64,000 nucleotides of DNA from Amoebidium appalachense. Its lineage: Eukaryota > Protista > Ichthyosporea. The stretch's first letter is position 1. Each line of letters begins with the position of its first letter. The notes under the pieces were generated by a model. The model made no database searches. It had not been told where the DNA came from and was given only the letters and a program-made list of their open reading frames with translations. The stretch is taken from positions 1,876,907-1,940,906 of the forward strand of contig CAVNZM010000001.1 of assembly GCA_963693365.1 (NCBI GenBank), given 5' to 3'. Shown piece after piece: positions 1-13,698 of the stretch. Made by a program: the position numbers and the translations under genes.

Positions 1-235
1 CAGCACCCTCCTCAACATCAACAGCCCTCTCAACCCGAGGCCAATGATGCCAATGCAGGTAAGCTCTCACCAATCAACTTGGATGTCTTTATTTCTGACT
101 TTTTCGCATGCATCCTATTGCGCCCAGCCTTTTGTCCCCGTCCCCCCCCCCCCCCCCCCCCCCCCCCCTTCCCTTCCCTTCCCCTCACACACACACAGAC
201 ACAAAACAACTCGTTGCAAGGAAGCAAAGGAATTC

Positions 236-935
236 GTGTCTGTACGTTCCATCTAAATAATGTCTTAAACTTGCTCTGTCGGTGGTGTCTGTACCTTTCT
301 TCTAGGTGTCTGTACCTTGCTTCTAGGTGTCTGTACCTTTCTTCTAGTTGTCTGTACCTTTCCCCGGGCCCTTAATAATATTTCTTTCTGTCGGTGGTGT
401 CTGTACCTTTCTTCTAGGTGTCTGCACCTTTCTTCTAGGTGTCTGGACCTTTGCCTTTGCCTGGGCCGTGTATATAATGTGTCTGTAACTTGCTCTGTCG
501 GTGGTGTCTGTACCTTTCTTCTAGTGTCTGTGCCTTTCTTCTAGTTGTTTGTACGTTTCCCGGGGCCCTGTATAACGCACGTAAGGACACGGAAGGGGGC
601 CCTACGTGTCTGTAACTTGCTCTGTCGGTGGTGTCTGTACCTGTCTTCTAGTTGCACCTTTCCCCGGGCCCTGTGTGATGTGTCTGTAGCTTGCTCTGTC
701 AGTGGTGTTTGTATCTTCCAACTGTTTGATGTGTTTGTGCGTTTTGCATGTTATCATGTTGTCTGTATCTTCCGCCTGTATCTTGTGTCTGTACCTTCCC
801 TCTACCACTACTCCTGTGTGGTGTTTGTACCTTCCCTCCCTATCTTTTTTGTACCCTGGCCCTTGGATCCTTCGGTACCTTGTGTAAGTTCCTCCAATGT
901 GTATCTCACCCCTGTATGTTGTGTCTGTACTTTCC
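236..935. repeat. Degenerate ~21-bp minisatellite (core GGTGTCTGTACCTTTCTTCTA)
   Basis: Many imperfect copies of tgtctgtacctt, interspersed with ttgctctgtcggtgg; degenerates toward 935. Confidence 0.75.
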
Positions 936-1061
936 CTCTTCCCTCTATATTGTTCTGCAGCCCATGAACCCCAATCCCTCCCCCCTCCCTGTCCCCTCCC
1001 TCCCTGTCCCCTCCCCCCCCCCCCCCCCCCCCAACAACAACCTTTCCATCCATCCTCATAG

Positions 1062-1713
1062 ATTGGGGTTTTTTAACAAAGTCTTCTTGCAGGATGGTCA
1101 AGTCGTGCACTGTGACGGGTCCGCCGTCACAAGCAACAGTGCTGAAACGCCTCTCCGTGTAGTGGAATGGTTCTCCAGAAAAAAAAAGGGATCCCAGAAA
1201 TTATCGCGCCCTATTGAACGCAAACTCAACGAAAGCTCTAAGGATTGGCTTTTTCGCCTCGATGAAAATACACGCGCACACGCTGAAAATGCACATGCCC
1301 ACAATGCACGCACCCACGATGAAAATGCACGTGCCCACGATGAAAATGCACACTCCCAAGGTGAAAATGCAAGCACCCAAGAAACCCACAAGCAAACAAA
1401 TAATAAGGGGATGACGTATGATGTCTCGGGTTATATAGACATTTACAACGCACTCAAAGACATCACACCAGGAGATGGTCAACTACACGATTCTAAAACT
1501 AAAACGGAAATATTTCGTGCCGTGTTCCAAAGTTCCGTACGTGAGAAAAAGGGGTTCGATTCGACCTATAGGAAGGCATTTGTAATCGGTCGTCTGAACG
1601 AAGTGTTGGACACACTCACAAGTGACGGGTGTATAACGAGTGTGCTGGCCGACACCTTACTTCAGTCAGTCAGCTATGCCGCTCTCGACCGTATCAACGT
1701 GGATAAAAGCGAG
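1062..1713 (+). pseudogene. Probable exon of an unidentified multi-exon gene or pseudogene
   Basis: Non-repetitive open frame (LGFFNKVFLQ...RINVDKSE) bounded by ag and GTATGG, with a short 7-aa repeat (DENARAH-like). The next candidate exon (1874-2092) does not join in frame and contains a stop. Confidence 0.35.
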
Positions 1714-2194
1714 GTATGGGGAATGTTTTTATGTCATGATGTGTCGCTCCCTTCATAAACCCTCTCCCCCCCCCCCCCCCCCCCCCCCCCCCGGCAAAAG
1801 AAAAACATTGCACACGTTTTGCATACCGGGCTGGTGGACATGTGATGTCTCTCCCATCCACAAGTCTCCGTAGGTACACGTGGTAAAGCCAGGAGTAATG
1901 TTACACCAGCCAACTGATTAATGCCGCCCCAGGAGGTCATCAGGTCAATAGCCGATATGTTACGTGCCGGTGCCGGGGTGTGTGCAGATGATCATCCTTT
2001 CTTCCGCCTCTTCCCTGATCGTGAGGGGTCGCATCGCTTTCTGGAGGCCGTACGCAGTCTCTTGGATGAGCAAGCCCGCCCTGCCCTCCCTGGTAGTCAA
2101 CCCCATCCTTTGAATACCCCCCTCCCCCCTCCCCCCCCTCCTCCTCCCCCCCCCCCCCCCTTCCCCCTAACCACCACCACCACCACATACACGT

Positions 2195-2254
<60 letters not shown>

Positions 2255-2892
2255 CCCCCCCCCCCCCCCCCCCCCCCCCCGTCCCGCCCCGCCACACACA
2301 CACACACACACACACACACAACATTCGCTCACACAAATACGTCTGTGAGAATGCCATACTTATGGAAAGGGGAAAGATAGACTTCTGCTCGCTGCAAGTA
2401 GGCCTGTTTGGAGATACGAAAATGGAGGGGGATTGGGGTCAAGAATAAAATGAGGAACATTGTTGTGCACGTTCTCACACACTGCCATGCAGGTATCGTG
2501 CCGGATGTGGCAAGTGTGTGCACCTCCACGGCAGTAATCATTGCTACGGCTACGGAAACAGCCCCAGCTTGCGCCGAGACCCCCACTTCCTCCACTTCCA
2601 TTACAGTGCAACCCGGCCACACTCCCTTTATGCCCCTCCCTGGGTCCCCTAAAGGTGGGCAAAAATGATCACATCACGGTTTCCAAGAATCCGATTTACA
2701 TGTGTGCAGCTGTGGCAACAGGTTGTGGTGTGATAATGAATGGACACCTTTGGGCCAAACAACAAGGGTGGACAAAGGGTGTGTGTGTGGGTGGGGGGGA
2801 GGGGGGGTTTCGCGTATGTTGGCATCCAATATAGGGGGGGAAGAGGCTTTGGGGGGGGGGACGTGTTGGTTAGTTTCTGTTGGGTAAAGGTT

Positions 2893-2931
<39 letters not shown>

Positions 2932-3433
2932 TGTGTGTGTGTGCGCGCCTTCGCATATGCGTCTTGGACAACACATCACATGCTCCAAACAAACAACAGC
3001 CCACATTTGATTGCTCACAGCCTTATTTGGTAGATGACGACGTCATACAGCTCATAGACGGGGTTGAAGCTCTGGACCTTGACGATGCCAAAGGTGGGTC
3101 ACCAGGCTGATAGTACATTCCATATACATGGTGTGCATGTTGTGTACTAATCTTCTCATGTGTTTGCCGGTGTGACAGGCTGTGATGTTGCTGTAGGTAT
3201 GTGGATGTATGAGTCAGTAGGTGTGACTGTGTTTCTTTGTGTGTATGTTTGTGTGTGTCCATGTGGGTCCATGTCCGAGAGTGGCTATTCTTATGTACTT
3301 TCTACCTGGATTGTCTGCACAGACTGCTGCCCAATTTTCGTGTTGTTATATAAGCCTCCCTCCCCCCTCCCCCCGCCCTCCATCCAAAGCGACTGATAGA
3401 CAATGAGAGGGAGAAGGGTGTAAGTGGAAATGT

Positions 3434-3464
<31 letters not shown>

Positions 3465-3552
3465 GGGGGAGAGGGCGGGGGGCTGCCTCGAAGAGTTGGG
3501 AATATGGTAATTTGGATTTGGGGGAGGTTGAGGGTCTTTCCCTCAATGGGAA

Positions 3553-3589
<37 letters not shown>

Positions 3590-3851
3590 ATTGTCACAAT
3601 GTGGTATTTACTCACATGTATGTCCACAGAAGAGCTGGAGAAAAGCTTGGAACAAGAAAATCTTAAGGTATGTGACCAGAAGGCAATGTTGGGGGAGGAT
3701 CTGTGTTGTCGTTTCTTTTGTATCACTGCACTTTGTTGTGCTGCACAGTGCTGCACTGTTGTTCGCATGCAGAACTTGTGCCTTGTTGTTTTTGTGTTTC
3801 AACTGGGCTGTCGTCTGGGGCTGTCAGTCTGGTGGTGCGGGTGGTGGTGAT

Positions 3852-3886
<35 letters not shown>

Positions 3887-5543
3887 GGCTTCGGTGTTGC
3901 CGGAAAAGGGAGGGGGGGGGGGGGAGGCTTCGGTGTTGCCGGGAAAGGGGGGGGGGGGGGGGGGGGAGGCTTCGGTGTTGCCGGAAAAGGAGGGGGGAGG
4001 GGGGGGGGCGGGAAGAAGGGTGTTGCCGGGAAAGGGGGGGGGGGGGGGGGGAGGGGTTGGAGGACAGAAGGGCGTTGCGTGTGGGGGGTTGGGGGGGGGA
4101 GGGGGGGGGGGGGGGGGGGGGGGGGGCTATCGCGCTTATCATTTCGTTGTGTCATGTGCAGGACGCAAGGAAAAAATTGCCAAAGGTGTTAAATTGTATA
4201 AGTATTTGGGATGTAAGCAGAGACACAGTGGTGCAGTGTGAAAACACCACAGACACACACAACAACAAAACACGGAACGATCGGAGCAGTGTACACAACA
4301 GACATCAATGTTTAGACACGACTGAACTTAATTTATTTTGATCGCTAATAAATACCTGAAATTCCCTTAAGTTAAATCCATACATGATTTCCGACCAGTC
4401 GGAAATCAGATCTATGTCTAAAATAACCAATCATAATTAACTGATTATTTCCCGGATAGATCCGGAGACGCGGGAACACACACCATAGGTCACAGCTATA
4501 AGAAAGAAAAGAGGTGAAGAGTAACGAGGAAAGAGGTGGTGTTTCTAACCTATCATCGGCTACAAAGACTCAGACATTTTCTGACTAAGTCCACTGATTG
4601 GATATAGTACGGCAACACACAAAACAAAAGTGGTTGACTAAGCTATGAATCATACCTGACAAGCTAAAGTGTAACCTAAGTGTTTTTCTACCAATCAAAA
4701 CATAACGAGTAATATAAATCTACTCAACGTATATTAGTGAGAGAGAAATATAATTAAATGAAAGGAAACAAGAGAAGAAAGAAAGAGAAAAGAAAAGACG
4801 AAGAAAGAGGAAAAAGAAAAGAAAGCAGGACAGAAAACACGAACAGCAAAACACAGTTATAACCGAAGATATTCATGTACACATAACATGTACACGTGTC
4901 TCCCTCACTGGGTAGACTCGTGTACCTATAATCAGTTGCTGTAATCGATATCTAAACACACGAATATAGCCGACACAACACGATTACAAGTACTCAAATA
5001 CACTGGAGATCGATGTCATAATTTACGTACAAGGAGCACATCTTTTTCATTAAGTAAATGAATGAAAACATAACACGAACTGAGAAGATCTTACAATATG
5101 TAAATACTACGTATTATAACATCCCCACTTAAGACTTTGAAGTTTGTGTTATCATATCCCCACTGAACTAGTGAAATCTCCCCACTTGAGAACAGAAACG
5201 GAAAAAAAAAATTAAAGTGTGTACTTTTCCCGGGGGGGGGGGGGGGGGGAAGGGGGGGGGAGGGGGGGGGAAGGGGGGGGGGGGGAAGGGGGGGGGGGGG
5301 AAGGGGGGGGGGGGGGGGGGGGGGAAGGAACCGGGGCAAAAACAACGAATATATATAACGTGTATAGGCGGTGTTTGATTAACTGGGTTTTAAACCAGTG
5401 AAAGATAGAGTAGAGTGATGGTACGGGTCAAACCTTATATATAAACCCTAAGTGGGCATACCCACAAAGGTAATACATATGATATAATGATGTTGATAAA
5501 GTAAGTAGTACACATGAGAAAATCACTCTTGAAGTAGGTCGGG

Positions 5544-8500
5544 TCAATCCACAATATCCGGTAAACAAAGTCGAGCACGATGGTGGACATGACTCGGGCC
5601 GGGGAGGGGTTTGGTGAGTATGTCAGCTAAGTTGTGGGCTGACTCAACGTAGTGGACAACCACGTCCCCACTGGCAATGTAGTCCTTGGTGTTGTGATAC
5701 CGGACGGCAATGTGTTTGGTACGGTGCTTGATGCCGGTGGAGTTGACGATGGCAATGGTCGACTGGTTGTCACAGTACACCGGAGTCGGAGCAAGCATGG
5801 GACAGCCGAGTTCCTTGAAGAGGTCACGGACCCAAGCAACTTCTTGGGTGCCAGCATTGAGAGCAATCAGCTCAGCTTCAGTGGTGCTGGTGGCCGTGAT
5901 GGGCTGGAGCTTGGAGTACCAGATGACGGGCATACCAGCAAACACGATAATGTAGCCGGTGGTAGACTTCTTGCTGTCGGCACAACCAGCAAAGTCAGCA
6001 TCCGTGTAGCATTCGAGTATGGGGGACTGGGTGGCCGAGTACTTGTAGTCAATGCCAAGGTCAATGGTGCCGAGCAGGTACCGGGCCACACGACGGAGAA
6101 GGTCCCAGTGAGTCTTGCCGGGGTTGGTGCTGAACCGACCAAGGAAGCCGATGGCATAGGCAATGTCGGGACGTGTGCACCGTGCCACCCAGAGGAGACG
6201 GCCGAGTAACTCACGGTAGGGCACGGTGAACGGTTGGGGGGGCAATCAGCCAGGGAGACGGTGGTGCCTGCAGGGATGGGGGTAGACTTGGACTTGGCAT
6301 CGGTGAGGTTGAAGTCGTGGATGATATCCATGATGTAAGACCTCTGGTGCATGTGGAGGTGATGGGGATCAGAGTGATTAAAATCAACACCGAGCATACG
6401 GTCAAATGGACTCATACGACAGCTGGCCATCTTGCTGATGTGGGCAGCCAGGTCACTGGCAGCAGTAGAACCCCGGGTGTTGGTGATGGTGGAGTCATCG
6501 ACGTAGTTACCAGCCCGTACCACATCGTTGTTGGGGAAGAACCGGAGGTAGATGCACGGGTCGGTCTTAGTACGGGTCAGGCCATGGGCAAGAAGAATGC
6601 CGTCGAGGAAGTCGTACCAAGCCTTGGAGGCTTGCTTGAGGCCGTACAGGGCTTTCTTGAGTCTCCAGACCTTGCCAAGTGTGGCCATGGTGATGAATCC
6701 CGGGGGTTGTTTCATGTAGATGGTCTCGGTGAGTGGGCTGTTGAGAAAGGCCGTAGACACGTCGAGTTGATGTATGTCATGACCTTCAACAACGGCCAGA
6801 GCTAGGATGGCACGGAGAGCAGCCGGACGGATGACAGGGCTCTCAATCAACTCATAGTCAACACCGTATTGCTGACTGAAGCCTTGAGCAACACCACGTG
6901 CCTTGATCTTGGTGTCACCAGCCGAGTTGAGAGTTTTCTCGGAGACAATCCACTTGAAGCCGACGATGTTAGCACCAGGGGGAGGGTCAACAAGTTCAAA
7001 GATGTCTTTGTCGACGAAGGCTTGATACTCAGCAGTCAGGGCTGACTGTTGTAATACGTAGTATTTACATATGGTAAGATCTTCTCAGTTTGTGTTATGT
7101 TTCAGTTCATATGCTTAGTGTAAATGCCACACTCCTATTATGTAAAGTGTAGCATCGATCTCCGATATGCTTGTATACTTGTAATCGTGTTGTATCGGCT
7201 TTAATCGTGTATTGTAATATCGATTAGAATATTTATATGTGTGTACACGGATCCACCCACTCAGGGAGAGACGTGTACATGTTCGTGTGTACATAAATAT
7301 CTCTGGTTATAGTTATGCTATTACTATCTTGTTTGTTGATCTGTGCTCTCTTTTCCTTCCTCTTTCTCCTTCCTTATTTTCTTTTCTTTCTCTCCTTGTC
7401 TTCATGTGTATAATCGTATTTCTTTTCTACTAATATATGTTAGGTAGATTTGTGTTACTTAATACGTGTTCATTGGACGGTAACACACTTAGGCTACACT
7501 TAGAATAGCATGTGTGTTTAGACTTCATTAATTCACTTTAGTTTTCATGTGTTGCCGGGCTTTAACCAATCATCAAGGTTAAGTGTGATATGTCTGAGTC
7601 TTTGCAGTATGTCATAGGTTAGAACTTCCTTGATGATGACACGAGTTGATCCTAACTAGTGTCTGTGTCCTATCGTGTACGCCTCCGCGTACCGGATCTC
7701 TCTGAAAGCAATTGGTTCTTAGTGATTGGTTTCTATTAGAGATGGATCTGATTTCCGACTGGTCGGAAATCATGTATGGATTGGACTTAGAGGAATTTCA
7801 GGTATTTATTCGAAGATCAGAATAAATTCAGTTCAGTCGTGTCTAAACATTGATGTCTGTTGTGTACACTGCTCCGATCGTTCCGTGTTTTGTTGTTGTG
7901 TGTGTCTGTGGTGTTTTCACACTGCACCACTGTGTCTCTGCTTACATCCCAAATACTTATAGAAATTAACACTGACTTGACCTGATCACCATTGGGTCCG
8001 GAACAGAGTTGACGGACAAGTTTGGGTAGTTGGTCGATGTTGATGGGGGGACCGGGGGGGACTGGCAGGGTGGTGGTGGCTTGAAGTCCAACCTTGCCCT
8101 GGAGACGGGCAGAACGACGGGGTGCAGGAACCGGGGTAGGTGGAGACGGTGGGGGGGGAACTTGGAAGTTCGGAAGTGCAGGGGGGGCAACCTCCGGGCT
8201 GGACGGGGCCGAGTGGAAGTTGTCGGGGGAGCCGGGTCGGATGGGTGTGACGTTGCCAGGGGCAGGATGAGGGTCGGCAGGCTGGACGGGCACGGGGGCA
8301 GGGGGGCCGGTGGGGGGGGGGTGTCGGGGGAACGACGATGGCAGGAGGGGGGCCAGAGTACACCAGACAAACATCATCTTCAGTGTCAACTGTGGGGGGT
8401 GGGGTGGTCGAGGTAGCAGTGGTGTCGGGGGTCGGAAGGGTTGATGGAATGTCGGACGGGATATAAGCTGATTCGTCGAAAATCACATCACGGAAGAGGC

Positions 8501-10880
8501 CGACACGATGGGTGGTGGCATTGAAGATCCGGTGGCAGTGTGATTGAAGATCATAGCCGATATACATGCCGAGTTTGACGGTGGGGGCCAGCTTGTTCCG
8601 TTTAGAGGCTGGCACGTGAGTGTAGGCAGGGCAACCGAACACTTTGAGCTCGGAGATGTCGGGCTTGACACCGTAGAAAACCTCGAATGGTGTACGACCA
8701 TTGGCAGTCGTGGACGGGGTGACGTTGATGATGTAGGCGGCATGTTGGAGGGCCTCAGCCCACAGTTTGGGAGACAGAGACTGATCTTGGACTTGATGGA
8801 GGAGGCAACGGACAATCTCTTGGAGGAACCGCATACGTCGTTCAACATAGCCGTTCAGTTGAGGGCAGTCCACCGGAGCATAGCTGGCCTTGATGCCCTG
8901 GGAGAGGCAAAAAGCACGGGTATCCTTGGAGGTGAACTCAGAGCCGGAGTCGAAGTGGTAAACACCAACTTTGGAGGGGGCATGGGTGGCAACGAGGTTG
9001 GTGTGAGCTGTGAGAATATCCAGGGTGGTGGTACGGTCGGCCATCGGGTAGATCTTGACGAGGCCAGAGGCACGGCAGACAGTGACGAGAGCAACCTTGG
9101 AACCTCCGTACGATGTTGTGGTAGGCTCAAAAAAATCCCAATGCCATTCATGACCGGGGATGTTGGAGTGAGGACGGTCACCCCTGAACGGAGCCTTGGT
9201 GGTCTTACCCATAATGCAGCCATGACAATCAGGAACATCACAGTCGAGGACAGAGGAGGGGAGACCAATAACAAGGTCGTGTTTCACCATGTCCTTGATG
9301 CTGGTCATAGCGCGGTGCCCCAGACGATGGTGCCAGATGGATGGGTTAACACTGGTAGTGGCAGCCAGAGCCACAGGACGAGTGGGTGGTTGAATGGTGT
9401 AGTCCTTGAAGTAATACAGACCGTTGTGTAGACGGAGGTTGACGAGATGACGGCCGGTGAGTCGGTCGAAGAGGAATGACGGAGTGGAGGCATCGTTCAA
9501 ATCACCCTTGATGTATTCGGCAGCAGCTTGGGATGTTGAAATGAGGAAGGCTTGGCCAGACGGGGTGTAGTAGGCTTCAATGGTTAGGGTGGTAGTGCCA
9601 TGGTCGGTGGTGGTGTTGATGACGATATGGCCGGTGTGAGTGGCCAAGACGGGGGTGCCATTGAAGGCAGCAACGGGAGTCGGTGTCGGAAGGGGAGTGA
9701 GGTCATGGAAGAACTCACGGGTGGGGCAAACAGTCATGTTGCACCCGGAATCCCAGGCAGGGTCGGAGGACACGGGGACGGAGCTAGCATTGTATGCCGA
9801 GAAAGCAAAGGAGACAGATTTCTCACTGCCTTGACGGGAACGGTTGTGTCTGGACATACGGCATTTCGGCTCAGGGCAATCGATGATCGTGTGATCAGGC
9901 TCGTGGCAGTAGGAGCATTCTTTCACGGACGGGGTGTTAGAACGAGCCGGGGAATCAGAACGACGGGAACCCGAGAAACGGGAACGACTGGGGGAACGAG
10001 ACGTGGACCGGAAGGCAGGCCGGTGGGGGGAACGGGATCGGGTGTGCTGACGGGAGAGACGAGTTCGGAGGTCCGTGCCAGAGGTACGGTCAAGTCGGGT
10101 GCGTAAGTCACGGCGAGGAAGATCACGGGGGGGAGCACTGGCATTTAATGCCATGCTGGACTTGGAGGCACGGTGGGCACGGTTGTTCCGGAGTTGCATC
10201 TTGAGGTCTTGACGTAACTCGATGCCCTTGACGTGGTTATGGAGGGACTCGAAGTCGGGGAATAGCTTATCACCGAAGTGATAGTCTTCGATAAGACGAT
10301 TGAACTCAGGGGTGAGGTCGTCTCTGGTGGTGAGTTCATTGAAGAACTTCTCAGCTAGACGAGTGAAGTGAATGGACTCATCTTGGAGAGACTGGAGCTG
10401 GTTCACGATGGTCTGCAGACGGCTCAGGTAGGTGGTGAATGATTCACCGGGCTGAAGGGCACAGGCATCCCACTGACGGTGAAGGATGCGGATCTGATCG
10501 GGTTTGCCTTGGAGATAGTGTTGACGGAATTTTCACATGGCCCGTTCAGGGTCCATGCCAATACGGTACTGGGCAACGGTGGTGAGGACGGAAGGGTCGA
10601 TGTTCTGTATCATATGGAGCAGGAGGCAATTGCGGGCCTCTTTGAGTTCCGCGGTAGTGCCGTAGCCATAGAAGGGGGGTTCACCGTCAACCGCGACGGT
10701 GGTAGGGGGGACGTAGTTGTCAGCAAGGACAACATCCACGAGTCGGACACCTTTAGTGCCGGTCATCATGCCGAGAAAAATGATTTCCCATTGAAAATAG
10801 GTAGTTTTGCTATCGGGACCAGTCTTCCCTTCACCTTTCCACATGGTGATTTTGTTTACGCCAGTTTTGTTTGGATCCAT
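5544..10880 (-). pseudogene. Copia gag-pol polyprotein of copy 1, frameshifted and interrupted by a solo LTR
   Basis: ORF pieces 10533-11054, 7986-10406, 5867-6850 and 5544-6245 match the intact 1468-aa ORF at 47796-52202. Motifs: CSYCHEPDHTIIDC knuckle, WDSGC protease, WHHRLGH, YVDD, YTDADFAG. Confidence 0.93.
7047..7971 (+). mobile_element. Solo LTR (family 1, type B) inserted antisense into copy 1 pol
   Basis: TGTTGTAATACG...ATTAACA, 925 bp; TSD CTGAC (7042-7046, 7972-7976); nearly identical to LTR 58783-59707. Confidence 0.96.
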
Positions 10881-12021
10881 GATTGAAAAACGAGCGCGAG
10901 TTCTAGATGTGTGTAGGGAGCGTGCAAAAGGGCTGCATAACCTGTTAAATTGTATAAGTATTTGGGATGTAAGCAGAGACACAGTGGTGCAGTGTGAAAA
11001 CACCACAGACACACACAACAACAAAACACGGAACGATCGGAGCAGTGTACACAACAGACATCAATGTTTAGACACGACTGAACTTAATTTATTTTGATCG
11101 CTAATAAATACCTGAAATTCCCTTAAGTTAAATCCATACATGATTTCCGACCAGTCGGAAATCAGATCTATGTCTAAAATAACCAATCATAATTAACTGA
11201 TTATTTCCCGGATAGATCCGGAGACGCGGGAACACACACCATAGGTCACAGCTATAAGAAAGAAAAGAGGTGAAGAGTAACGAGGAAAGAGGTGGTGTTT
11301 CTAACCTATCATCGGCTACAAAGACTCAGACATTTTCTGACTAAGTCCACTGATTGGATATAGTACGGCAACACACAAAACAAAAGTGGTTGACTAAGCT
11401 ATGAATCATACCTGACAAGCTAAAGTGTAACCTAAGTGTTTTTCTACCAATCAAAACATAACGAGTAATATAAATCTACTCAACGTATATTAGTGAGAGA
11501 GAAATATAATTAAATGAAAGGAAACAAGAGAAGAAAGAAAGAGAAAAGAAAAGACGAAGAAAGAGGAAAAAGAAAAGAAAGCAGGACAGAAAACACGAAC
11601 AGCAAAACACAGTTATAACCGAAGATATTCATGTACACATAACATGTACACGTGTCTCCCTCACTGGGTAGACTCGTGTACCTATAATCAGTTGCTGTAA
11701 TCGATATCTAAACACACGAATATAGCCGACACAACACGATTACAAGTACTCAAATACACTGGAGATCGATGTCATAATTTACGTACAAGGAGCACATCTT
11801 TTTCATTAAGTAAATGAATGAAAACATAACACGAACTGAGAAGATCTTACAATATGTAAATACTACGTATTATAACAAAAGGACGTCAACAGGAACAAGG
11901 CTAGCTCCCATGGTGCCTCTAAGAGGGTGATGTACCCATCTATGCCAACGCGCACAGGCACACATGCAACACACCTGTACAGACATGCATGTGCAGTGCT
12001 GCATGCGTACTTGCAAAAACA

Positions 12022-12063
<42 letters not shown>

Positions 12064-12641
12064 ACCCGCTCCTCCCCCGCGCGCAGGCTCAGGCTGGCTT
12101 GGTACAGACAAACATACATACACCAACTTGTGGTGTGTTATATGGACACTACTTGTGGTGTATTAATCCGTGTTCTATAATCTCAGACTGTCGGCAGGCG
12201 GGAGAGGAAAGTGCTGCTGGATAGCCACAAGGAGGCAGGCACTGTGCTGCTTGTGAGTGCAACTGGCGAACGCTTAACGAGATCCACGATGAACAAGGTG
12301 GGCTCATTGTGTTTATTGTTTGGGTGAGGTCCGTGCATGCTGCTGTACCTGTTGGGGTTTGATGGGGGTTCGGATCTAGAAGGTCATAGAAAAAAGTGCA
12401 GGGCTCTTGAGTGTCTGGAGGTGTATGGCTGTGGTTTGGGGTTCGCTGAGGTGCGGGGGGAGGTGGAACCCTAACCCACCCTAATCCACCTCCTGTTCTT
12501 ACCTGACCATTCTCCCCCCCCCCCCCCCCCCTCCTTCCCCCCTCCCCCCGCAGCATTAACAGTAACCCACTACTGCCAGCACCGACGCACGCACACACAC
12601 GTGCACACACACATACACATTCACCCACACCTACCCACACA

Positions 12642-12676
<35 letters not shown>

Positions 12677-13240
12677 CATCTCCTTTGTGCCTTCAGGTGT
12701 TGCAGAGGGCAGCAACCAATTAGCCTCAAGGAGCCCTTCCGTCACAGGCTGCTGCGGTGGGGCGCTGACTTTGTTTGATGTGTCAGAGAAAGTTCTCAGT
12801 GACCACTAGTACTTGCTGTCTGCTGCTGCTGTTGTTGTTGTGTGTCGGCCATTATCACGTGCACGAAACATCTGAGCACACACTGCAACTCAAATTGTGT
12901 TATCGGTGCAAGAACATCCTGTATATGTACCGGACTGGCTTTATGGAAACTGTATGTAATCGTCTCTACATATCCTTCCCCGTGAGGTAATTTTGTATGT
13001 CCTGGCACTGGGTGCCAAGGAAATAACGTATAGGTGTTTATAAAGTGTTCATGCACCGGTGCAGGACTTTTTCACAGATCCACCGGTGGGAGGCATGCTT
13101 AGGCGTGTACATACAACCCTGTGCCAATAAAACACTAGCATGTGCCAATAAAACACTAGCATGTGCCAATAAAACACTAGCATTGGATCTGGACGTCCAA
13201 TACATAATATGAACTGTCCCTCCCCCTCGAATCTTTGTCA

Positions 13241-13304
<64 letters not shown>

Positions 13305-13698
13305 GGCATATGATAGCTGACGTAGGTGGGTAAGGTTAGGGTGTTTTACGGGGGGAAGGGGGGGGGGGGGGGGGGATTTCGCCCAATACACAATCAGATA
13401 TGTGACATGTCTCTCCCTGATTTGTGGTCAAGAAAGCGTTTACACATCTGCACACAGGGGTACCGTTAGTTCTGGCACGTGAAAATCAATCCAACGGTAA
13501 TAGGGGAGGCACGGAGCGAGCATGCAGGGTTTCACAGGTATACCGCATTGTACAGGTGTGATTCATTGTCACACGAAAGGGGGGTTGTGTACATAGCAGC
13601 CTCATACACATAATGTCCCCAGCCGGGCTAGTTAATGCATTCCTGCCCCCCCCCCCCCCCCCCCCCCCAGACACACACACACATGCATATGTACACAC

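Larger units (their letters stand above)
4187..11877 (-). mobile_element. Full-length Ty1/copia LTR retrotransposon, family 1 copy 1 (LTR type A), disrupted
   Basis: 935-bp LTRs 4187-5121 and 10943-11877 with TG...CA ends, identical by eye. 5-bp TSD AAAGG (4182-4186, 11878-11882). PBS GGTTATGCAGCCC at 10930-10942(-), PPT at 5122-5130(-). Domain order gag-PR-IN-RT-RH. Confidence 0.97.

Noticed and set aside
8544-9431. 295-aa antisense ORF, also at 49866 and 61219, and similar antisense ORFs
   Set aside because: Explained by the C-ending codon bias of pol and near-identity of the copies; no recognisable domain.
10881-11054. N-terminal extension of gag from an upstream GTG inside the LTR (also 59596-59769)
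   Set aside because: Not open in the intact copy 2; all copies share the ATG at MDPNK.
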